Source: a virus. From it: DNA of 64,000 nt. This document shows, one piece after another, positions 1-6,589 of this stretch; within the stretch, counting starts at the first letter, position 1; each line of letters opens with the position of its first letter. Under the pieces are notes generated by a model, which saw only the letters and a program-made list of their open reading frames with translations, searched no databases and was not told the DNA's origin. Position numbers and translations under genes: made by a program. The stretch spans positions 96,001-160,000 of the IMG/VR virus record IMGVR_UViG_3300048837_000984; one strand, 5' to 3'.

Positions 1-14
1 TCCTGGAGAGTGGG

Positions 15-142
15 TCCGAGCCGTACCGAGCCTAGCCGCGCCTTGCCATGCCGAACCCTGCCATACTTAGCCAAGAAAGTGCCTACCTGACGGTTTCCCG
101 TAAGGTAGGCCCAGACCACACCAAGCCCCACCACACCTAACC
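15..142 (-). ncRNA. Pentamer (GGY-NN) repeat array, putative guide RNA for the adjacent RAMP-like protein; two runs split by a hairpin; probably continues past the left window edge
   Basis: Minus strand, 142->110: GGT TA GGT GT GGT GG GGC TT GGT GT GGT CT GGG. Hairpin 110->81. Linker ACTTTCTT. Then 72->15: GGC TA AGT AT GGC AG GGT TC GGC AT GGC AA GGC GC GGC TA GGC TC GGT AC GGC TC GGA. Starts 8 nt after the stop codon of 151..819. Confidence 0.8.
81..110 (-). other. Stem-loop with GAAA (GNRA) tetraloop inside the array
   Basis: Minus strand GCCTACCT-T-ACGG-GAAA-CCGT-C-AGGTAGGC: 8-bp plus 4-bp stem with one internal mismatch. Confidence 0.85.
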
Positions 143-150
143 TGGTGCAA

Positions 151-819
151 TCAGCTCAAGGTGACTTCAAACTGGCCCCACGGCCCTGGCGTCGGACAGC
201 CGGGGCGCCAGTCACCGAGACCCTTCTTACCGGCCTCAGCAAAGATCGCTTCGATTGCCGTTGGAGTCAGGACATCTTCGTTGATGATCTGCAGCTCTCC
301 AGTCACCGCCCATGCCGTAAACTGTGGCCGCACACGGACATGCTTCGATTTGTTCGAAATCTTTGCCCGCTTAACGAAGAGCTTGAAGCCCATCTTGGCA
401 ATAGCTGACTGGTGCTTTGGAAACACATCGTCGGGGCTGTCTCCCAGGTCTCGCAGCTTGAGGATCGGCTTGATCGGGATCTGCTTACCGCTGATGGTAA
501 ACTTCAGGTGCTCGTCCGGGATGAAGAGGCCCGACTGCGACGCTTCCTTGAGCGTCTTACCGCGAGTACCTGGGATCGGGATGGTTGCTCCCGCTTGGCG
601 CAAGCAGGAAGAGAGATTGTCAGCCGGCATGCTGATGTGCGTGCCGTCGTGGTAGAGACATCCAAGCCAGGACCACGGTGGCGAGCGGTCGTCGCCCTTC
701 TTGGTAATCTCTTTCGGTGCCGCCGCACGAAATCGCGACAGCTCGTCCGAAAAGTCGATGTTGTCCGCGTGCATCAGCATGTCGGTCCGCCCGCGGCAAA
801 CGAATCTCACCGTACGCAT
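151..819 (-). CDS. Cas7/RAMP-like (RRM-fold) RNA-binding protein, VIPR-like effector candidate
   Basis: N-terminal beta strand with GRTDMLMH, PADNLSSCLRQAG helix, VRVRPQF-x2-W strand, and C-terminal Gly-rich loop GLGDWRP...GPWGQFEV typical of RAMP proteins. SD AAGGA upstream. No other cas genes nearby. Confidence 0.7.
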   Translation of the reverse strand: MRTVRFVCRGRTDMLMHADNIDFSDELSRFRAAAPKEITKKGDDRSPPWSWLGCLYHDGTHISMPADNLSSCLRQAGATIPIPGTRGKTLKEASQSGLFIPDEHLKFTISGKQIPIKPILKLRDLGDSPDDVFPKHQSAIAKMGFKLFVKRAKISNKSKHVRVRPQFTAWAVTGELQIINEDVLTPTAIEAIFAEAGKKGLGDWRPGCPTPGPWGQFEVTLS

Positions 820-831
820 AGTTCGTTCCTT

Positions 832-1053
832 TCACTTGATAAACGCTTCCAGACTGACTTTGAGAGCGTTAGCTAGACATACCGCGGTAGCCAGCGAAGG
901 TCCCCAGAGACCGTCTTCTAGACCGCGGATCGTTTGAAGGGTGATTCCAGATAACTTGTGAAGTTTCTGCTGCGTTAAACCAGCGTCGATCCGAAACTTC
1001 GCCAGCCGTTCACTGAAGAGTGAGTCGATTTCCTTCTTACGCTCGTGCGTCAT
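832..1053 (-). CDS. XRE/Cro-CI family helix-turn-helix regulator
   Basis: LAKFRIDAGLTQQKLHKLSGITLQTIRGLEDG...PSLATAVCLANALKVSLE is a canonical HTH_3 pattern. Confidence 0.9.
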   Translation of the reverse strand: MTHERKKEIDSLFSERLAKFRIDAGLTQQKLHKLSGITLQTIRGLEDGLWGPSLATAVCLANALKVSLEAFIK

Positions 1054-1366
1054 AGAGCTCCGACAGTTTTCGTAAAACCAGTTCCGGCACCACGTAAGGG
1101 TCGCAGTCGATTGCCCAGGCCGTGCCCGTGCCCGTGCCCGAGATGCCGTACCACTCTGTGTCCTCGTAGGAATAGACTATCGCCTCGGCATAGTCGTCTC
1201 CTGCCTCCCAGGTCAGGTAGAACTCGTCGAGGCCGACCTCGTAATAGAAGGGGGAAAAACCAACTTCTCCGAACAACTCCTCAGACCACAGGAAAAGAAA
1301 GGAGACACGGTTGGCGAGCTCTTGCCCGAGGTGCTCTCGTAACTCCGGACTAATGAGTCGATGCAC
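1037..1366 (-). CDS. Hypothetical protein (start trimmed to a GTG just after the upstream stop)
   Basis: Acidic, aromatic-rich ORF filling the operon. The track's 1429 start overlaps the upstream gene. Confidence 0.55.
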   Translation of the reverse strand: MHRLISPELREHLGQELANRVSFLFLWSEELFGEVGFSPFYYEVGLDEFYLTWEAGDDYAEAIVYSYEDTEWYGISGTGTGTAWAIDCDPYVVPELVLRKLSELYDARA

Positions 1367-1371
1367 GTGTA

Positions 1372-1776
1372 TCAGGCTCCCGAGAGAATGGTCCAGGCCC
1401 CGAACGAGTCTGGATCCCACAGGCCGCACGGCTCCAAGACATCCCTGACCGTGCGGATGGCATCCAGAACTTCCGCCGCGGTGATCTTAGTCGCGTCTTC
1501 GTCACCGCCGTTTAGGTAAACACAGCGAACTCCGACGTAGTACGTGTCCGGAGTGTGGTCTAGACCGGAGGCAACATCCAGGCCACGAAACTTGTCGCCG
1601 TCCAGCCCTTCGACCGCCACCTTGTAAACAATCTTGTAGGGCTTACCACAGTTCGGACAGAACCTGGGAGGGACCCGGTGAAGCTCACAGCCACACTCGG
1701 TCTCGGCCACCGGAACGATCTTGTCTGCGGCAACCGCACAGCCAATTATCGAGATGGCGTAGTAACGGTAACCCAC
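1372..1776 (-). CDS. Hypothetical protein with zinc ribbon
   Basis: CGC...RFCPNCGKP motif; AGGAGG SD upstream. Confidence 0.7.
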   Translation of the reverse strand: MGYRYYAISIIGCAVAADKIVPVAETECGCELHRVPPRFCPNCGKPYKIVYKVAVEGLDGDKFRGLDVASGLDHTPDTYYVGVRCVYLNGGDEDATKITAAEVLDAIRTVRDVLEPCGLWDPDSFGAWTILSGA

Positions 1777-1794
1777 CCTTTTTGCCTCCTGTCT

Positions 1795-1809
1795 ACTTAA
1801 AAATTAAGT
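1795..1809. promoter_or_regulatory. Palindromic motif ACTTAA-N3-TTAAGT (operator or late-promoter-like)
   Basis: ACTTAAAAATTAAGT just upstream of the SD of 1372..1776; an equally perfect copy lies at 59968..59982. Confidence 0.55.
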
Positions 1810-1840
1810 CCCACCCCGAAAACGGCCAAACTACTGAACA

Positions 1841-1859
1841 CTGTCCACCAGGTGGACAG
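1841..1859. promoter_or_regulatory. Perfect inverted repeat, operator-like
   Basis: CTGTCCACC-A-GGTGGACAG in the intergenic region upstream of the HTH/RAMP operon. Confidence 0.5.
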
Positions 1860-1973
1860 CAGATCACTTTTTCGTTGTCACGTGTAAAACTGGTAAAGTT
1901 GCCGAGAGTTGAGTGGGACTTTTACAGAGAAATCTTACCCAGCGCGATAATCTTCCAGGAAGGTGACGCTGGT

Positions 1974-2516
1974 TCAACTTGCGTCGGAACTCTGGTCACC
2001 TTTTATGGCAGCCCGGCATCGAGCGCAGTAAACCTCTGGCTGAGGTTTTTCAGGTTTGCGCAGGAGACTCATCCAGCCCGGCTCTGACGCGTCAACTACG
2101 GACACCGGGACCGAGGGGGCAGCCTCCTTGTTGTGGAGACTCTTGTGTTGTCGCCGGATCAACCGGAACAACAGCTCGCGCTGTTGCAACCGCTCCTTGG
2201 CCCGCGGGTCACGCCAGTCCCGTGGGTACGGCGTCTGCGTGTATGGACCAGCGATGAAATGAAAGACCTTGGGCGGCGTTGTCGCACAGGGTTGCCAGAA
2301 AATCTTGTTCAGCCGTTGGATCTTGACCGTGACGAGCGGCGTGACTTCGAGACGATCGAACTTGTTATCGACCACGAACAGTTCCGGGTACGGTTGCGAC
2401 ATGACGTACGCCAGGACACGGTCGACCATGTCTCGGATGTCTGGCCAGGCTTCTTCAGCTTTCAGAATGGGAACCCGCATCCGGGTCAGTCTCAACATGT
2501 CTCGACTTGGAATCAT
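1974..2516 (-). CDS. Hypothetical protein
   Basis: 180-aa ORF with AGGAG SD, C-terminal CxxC. Confidence 0.7.
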   Translation of the reverse strand: MIPSRDMLRLTRMRVPILKAEEAWPDIRDMVDRVLAYVMSQPYPELFVVDNKFDRLEVTPLVTVKIQRLNKIFWQPCATTPPKVFHFIAGPYTQTPYPRDWRDPRAKERLQQRELLFRLIRRQHKSLHNKEAAPSVPVSVVDASEPGWMSLLRKPEKPQPEVYCARCRAAIKGDQSSDAS

Positions 2517-2540
2517 AGAAACACTCCTCGTAAAAGGTCT

Positions 2541-3293
2541 TCAGGTAAGAACCTCTACACCAGTCTCTGTCACCAGGACCGTGTGTTCGTATTGCGCCGA
2601 CAGGGATCCGTCCACTGTTCTCACCGTCCACTTGTCAACCTTGTCGACAACAACCTCAGCCAGGCCAACGTTGACGGACGGTTCGATCGTAAACGTCATC
2701 CCCGGCGCCATGGTCAGGATGCTCTCCCACACGACCGTGTGGTTGACCTGTGGCGGTTCATGGAAGGCAAGACCAACCCCATGCCCACAGAACTGGTGAA
2801 CCACCGAATACCCGTGGCGGTTGACGTGCGGCTCGATCGCCTTGCCGATGTTGCTGAAGTACGCGTACGGCTTGACTTGCCGAATCCCCATTTGTAAGGC
2901 CTGCTCGGCTACCGACAACAATCTGCGAGCCTCGTCTGAAATGTCTCCGACGGCGAACGTTGTGCTTGTGTCTCCGTAGTAACCGTTGAGCACGGTCGTC
3001 ACGTCGATGTTGACGATGTCTCCTTCCTTGAGAACGTACTCCGACGGGATGCCATGGCACACCACTTCGTTGACCGAGATGCAAGTCGCAGCTGGAAACC
3101 CCTGATAACCCTTGGGAGCCGGAATGGCTTTGTTATCCGTGATGTAGGCCTCTAGCAAGTCGTTAAGGTGTCTGGTCGTAACACCCGGCAAGACGTGCGG
3201 CTCGATAAACTCTAGGCAAGATCTGGCCAGGCGACAACTCTTGCGGATCCCATCGATCTGTTCCGGCGTCTTTATCAACATGGGTGTCTGCAT
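2541..3293 (-). CDS. map: Methionine aminopeptidase, type I
   Basis: CISVNEVVCHGIP, GDIVNIDVT, GYYGDTS, FCGHGVG, FHEPPQV, TFTIEP, SAQYEHTVLVT: all metal ligands present. Confidence 0.97.
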   Translation of the reverse strand: MQTPMLIKTPEQIDGIRKSCRLARSCLEFIEPHVLPGVTTRHLNDLLEAYITDNKAIPAPKGYQGFPAATCISVNEVVCHGIPSEYVLKEGDIVNIDVTTVLNGYYGDTSTTFAVGDISDEARRLLSVAEQALQMGIRQVKPYAYFSNIGKAIEPHVNRHGYSVVHQFCGHGVGLAFHEPPQVNHTVVWESILTMAPGMTFTIEPSVNVGLAEVVVDKVDKWTVRTVDGSLSAQYEHTVLVTETGVEVLT

Positions 3294-3311
3294 GGGTGAC
3301 CTCTAGAAGTG

Positions 3312-3342
3312 GAAACACCGCAGTTAGTGACTGCGGTGTTTC
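3312..3342. other. 12-bp perfect hairpin upstream of map (terminator or RNA processing site)
   Basis: GAAACACCGCAG-TTAGTGA-CTGCGGTGTTTC; weak U tail on either strand. Confidence 0.5.
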
Positions 3343-3355
3343 TGACCATCGCCGG

Positions 3356-4108
3356 TCAGCGTTCGACAAGGAATGTTAAGATTTTGGTCGCCTTCAAGTC
3401 AAACCGCGTGAGGTAGGCTTGTACCGCTTCTTTGGTGACGATATCTCCGACGAGCAGGTTTGCCCGGTCAGCCGCTTTCTTGTACAGACCTGCATTCGCA
3501 GCATTGTAGTTTTCGTAAACACCGAGAACCGCGTCAGTGTTGTCCGATCTAATGCCGACCAGAAGGCAGACATGTGTGAGTTCGTTCGTTGTTGAGCCCT
3601 CGCCGACAGCCTCAGCGGTTGTCTCTGGCGCCGACGGTACTCCGGGTCTCGAGTCATCTGCCGAAGAAAGGAGCTCGATGATCGGGACGTTGAGCGCTTC
3701 GGCTAGGGCACAGATGTCGTAAAACTCTGGGTACTGCTCGTCCTCCTCAACTCGGCTCAGGTCGTAGGAGATGATACCGGGTATCTCCCCGAGTTCTTCC
3801 ACAGTTCGACCGTCTTGCTCCCGGAGCTGCTTGAGTCGGCGTGCCAGGTGCGTCTTGGGTTTTTTTGCCTCTGGCTCTTCTTCGGGTTCGTTGTCCACCG
3901 GCACGACGAAGACCCCATAGTCTTTGAAGCCTTCCGACTCGAGGTATGCCCTTACGGGATCTCTCCGCATGTCGAATTCACCTTGCCGGTCCCGCCAAGC
4001 CGACACCAGCTTCTGCATGTACTCACGGGCCTTGGCATCAGACGAGAAGTAGCCCTTGGTCACTGCGCCACCGTCCAACAAGAAGTCCAGCTTGTAAACC
4101 GTTTCCAT
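3356..4108 (-). CDS. Protein with central XRE-type HTH domain
   Basis: LARRLKQLREQDGRTVEELG...LSRVEEDEQYP...LAEALNVPIIELL. Start placed at METVYK (AAGGAG SD). Confidence 0.75.
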   Translation of the reverse strand: METVYKLDFLLDGGAVTKGYFSSDAKAREYMQKLVSAWRDRQGEFDMRRDPVRAYLESEGFKDYGVFVVPVDNEPEEEPEAKKPKTHLARRLKQLREQDGRTVEELGEIPGIISYDLSRVEEDEQYPEFYDICALAEALNVPIIELLSSADDSRPGVPSAPETTAEAVGEGSTTNELTHVCLLVGIRSDNTDAVLGVYENYNAANAGLYKKAADRANLLVGDIVTKEAVQAYLTRFDLKATKILTFLVER

Positions 4109-4110
4109 CT

Positions 4111-4386
4111 TTACTCCTTTTCGTTGATCATCGCCAGATTGTTGGGCGTTAGATAGTCGCCCGCGATCCATTCAGGCTTGAACGTCTTGTTGAGGTACAA
4201 GATCGCCAGGTTTCGGTCATCGAACGTCTTTATCGTTCCGTCGTCCTCTCTCAGGAACTTGTCGTCATCGTATCCGTACGTGTGTTCCGTGACTCGGACT
4301 ACGCGTAACTTGCCATCATCCAGATAGATCCTGAAATGCTCTTCCACTGTAACCTCCAAAAGATAGAGCCGTGACTTAGCTGTCAC
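4111..4386 (-). CDS. Hypothetical protein
   Basis: 91-aa ORF abutting its neighbours on the coding strand. Confidence 0.65.
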   Translation of the reverse strand: MTAKSRLYLLEVTVEEHFRIYLDDGKLRVVRVTEHTYGYDDDKFLREDDGTIKTFDDRNLAILYLNKTFKPEWIAGDYLTPNNLAMINEKE

Positions 4387-4412
4387 GGCTCTATCAATTG
4401 ACTAAAGAACTG

Positions 4413-4682
4413 TCACCAGTTCTTAAACTTGTTTTCCACACGGCCCTGCAAGTGAATCGCATACTTTGCAAGCCAACCGTTGGAGAAGTTGTAAGACTTG
4501 TGCTTCTCCGTTTCCCGCACCATCTCTTCCATTTCACCAGGCGTGACATAGTCCCTCATCAGCAGGTACAGCAGGCACACCAGTCGATTTTCCGACCCCA
4601 TGGCTCCGGATGCTTCCCGGAGATCCTCAGTTTTTTCCTCATCAAACGTCATCAACACGACTCCATAGACTCCTTGTTGCAA
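4413..4682 (-). CDS. Hypothetical protein
   Basis: ORF with phage-like composition (LVCLLYLLMRDYVTPGEMEEMV); start uncertain. Confidence 0.6.
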   Translation of the reverse strand: MQQGVYGVVLMTFDEEKTEDLREASGAMGSENRLVCLLYLLMRDYVTPGEMEEMVRETEKHKSYNFSNGWLAKYAIHLQGRVENKFKNW

Positions 4683-4744
4683 GTGTTAACGCTTGTGTAC
4701 CTTACCGCAACCGTTGCGATCAACACAAGGCTCGCTCTCGCCAA

Positions 4745-4981
4745 TCACGTAGGGAAGGGCAGCTGAAGCTGTCTCGACAGCTGAACGATTTGGGCTAGCT
4801 TATCTTCGATAGGAAGGTCCGAGTTGGAGACCTCCTCAATCTTCGTCGCAGTTCTCTGCACCGTCTCCAGCAGGAGAGCAACCTTCTGCGGAAGCGTCGG
4901 GTAGCGACCCTTGACGTCCGCAACGTGTCCCAGGATGTTTGCCGCATGCTGAGTCGCAGCGGCCACAAGCAGTTCCTTCAT
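4745..4981 (-). CDS. Hypothetical helical protein
   Basis: GGAGG-like SD before ATG; overlaps the low-information tail of the upstream ORF. Confidence 0.6.
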   Translation of the reverse strand: MKELLVAAATQHAANILGHVADVKGRYPTLPQKVALLLETVQRTATKIEEVSNSDLPIEDKLAQIVQLSRQLQLPFPT

Positions 4982-5480
4982 CTTCGCCCTCCAGAACTAC
5001 CCAGGCTCCAACCAGGGTCTTACCGTTACGCCGAAGAATCGGCGCGTCCTCTTGAACTACAACGTTCTCCGGCAAAGATTCTCGAGCCTGCGCGATCGCC
5101 AGGCCGACTTTATCTTTAAGTGCCACCTCAGCTCGCTTGACCAGCTCCGCTAGAGTGTCGGCAGTCTGCCCAGGCGGCAGAAGAGACTGCAAGTAGCAAA
5201 GCACTCGCAGGTCAGCAGCTGTCAGCGACACCCAGGACCTCTCTCGATCTACCGTCAGGCCGACCAGACTGATTGCGAACACTGCCTCGACGATCTTCTT
5301 GAAGACGGTGCGCTTGCGTTCCTCACCGAACGCGGTACCAGCAAGCGCGTTGACGACGGCCTCTCGGACTGAGATCAATCCCTGGGCCTCTTCCGGCATG
5401 TAGGCGCAAATGCGCTCTACGGCCTGACGAATCTCACTGACAATGAGACTCGCCCTAGCCTTCAATCGGCTTTCGTCCAT
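4836..5480 (-). CDS. Hypothetical protein (start at MDESRL)
   Basis: GAGGT SD before ATG 5480. The 3' end overlaps the next gene by about 146 nt. Confidence 0.6.
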   Translation of the reverse strand: MDESRLKARASLIVSEIRQAVERICAYMPEEAQGLISVREAVVNALAGTAFGEERKRTVFKKIVEAVFAISLVGLTVDRERSWVSLTAADLRVLCYLQSLLPPGQTADTLAELVKRAEVALKDKVGLAIAQARESLPENVVVQEDAPILRRNGKTLVGAWVVLEGEDEGTACGRCDSACGKHPGTRCGRQGSLPDASAEGCSPAGDGAENCDED

Positions 5481-5630
5481 GGTCACTACCTCAGAGTTGC
5501 GAAGGGGAAATGTGTAGCTGCCGGAGTTGAACCGACTTCTCCAGGGGTTTATGAGCCCCTCATGGTACCGACCACCCAACTACACACGGACAGCAGGTCA
5601 CCCCCATAGCAGCGCCTGCTGTCGCCTAGC

Positions 5631-6137
5631 TCAGATTTTGTTCTCGACAACCGTCGCCGGTAGCGACGACATCATTGCTACCAGTCTGCGAACAAGATCG
5701 GCCGGCGTCAAGCCATGATTTGACTGCATCGGCCGACGAACCAGATACATCTTACTCTCGAAGCCCGGTGGCGGGCTGTACGAGTATGTCTCGCTCTCGT
5801 CTCGAATCAACTCCAGAACACCTCGCTCTGGGTCAGCCCTGAAGACCAGACCAGCTACCCGTACGGAGATTCGTTCGTTGCTGTAGCAACCGAGCGCGAC
5901 GTCGCCGGGTTGAAACCCGCCCAGAGTGAACTCTGGGAACGACCACGCATCATCCGTGACCGGAAGGAGGATAACCTCATCCGCGTCAGACGTACTGACG
6001 GTGAACGGCTCGTCACCGTTCTCGAAGGCGACCGAGTCGTCGGACACGCTGGCCAGAACGCCGATCGTTTCAGACGTTACATGGCCAAAGCGGACACCCA
6101 AAGAAATCTTCTGGCCGATCATGTTTTCCAGTTTCAA
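5631..6137 (-). CDS. Hypothetical protein
   Basis: 168 aa; start/stop overlap with the upstream ORF; GGAGG SD. Confidence 0.7.
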   Translation of the reverse strand: MKLENMIGQKISLGVRFGHVTSETIGVLASVSDDSVAFENGDEPFTVSTSDADEVILLPVTDDAWSFPEFTLGGFQPGDVALGCYSNERISVRVAGLVFRADPERGVLELIRDESETYSYSPPPGFESKMYLVRRPMQSNHGLTPADLVRRLVAMMSSLPATVVENKI

Positions 6138-6586
6138 GACAGCCCTCCTGGGTTGGTCAGGTTGAGTCGGTCAGCGATTATAGACGCCCGAGCCTGCGCC
6201 CGGAACGACGTGTCAGCAGTGGAGAAGATCAGCTTGACCTGTTCTGGCTCCACGATGTCGTACTCGAATCGCATGTCGCCTCCCAGACTCGAATCTGTCT
6301 GTTCGACGAAGGCGATGATTCTGGACCTGGAGTCCTCGTCCAAAGTTTTGTCCCCGTTCAACTTGACACAGATCGACAGGTACAACCTGCCACTGCCCAC
6401 GTCTTTGGCCAGAAAGAACCACAGCAGCCCGACCGCTGATGCAGCCACAGTCTCCGTCACAGACATCGGCGTGTGAAAATCGATCGGCGCGCCGAGTAGA
6501 AAACTGCGCGTCAGTCGGCTAATAAACAAAACAGCGCCGAACGCCAGGAACGCCGCCACAGCCGGTTTCAGATACGTGAAGTTCAT
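6134..6586 (-). CDS. Hypothetical membrane protein (two N-terminal hydrophobic segments)
   Basis: AVAAFLAFGAVLFI and VAASAVGLLWFFLA; GAGGTG SD. Confidence 0.7.
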   Translation of the reverse strand: MNFTYLKPAVAAFLAFGAVLFISRLTRSFLLGAPIDFHTPMSVTETVAASAVGLLWFFLAKDVGSGRLYLSICVKLNGDKTLDEDSRSRIIAFVEQTDSSLGGDMRFEYDIVEPEQVKLIFSTADTSFRAQARASIIADRLNLTNPGGLS

Positions 6587-6589
6587 GTC

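Noticed and set aside
1-150. Reading the array as a CRISPR array or a coding microsatellite
   Set aside because: There are no 25-45-nt repeats with spacers. The 5-nt period is incompatible with a codon repeat, and two of every five positions vary freely.
1120-1142. CCCGTG tandem repeat as a second guide array
   Set aside because: The period is 6 nt, it lies in frame inside an ORF (GTGTGTG peptide), and it has no variable positions.
4836-4981. 146-nt overlap as a programmed frameshift or dual coding
   Set aside because: No slippery site seen. The upstream tail looks like run-on after a lost stop, and the downstream gene has its own SD.
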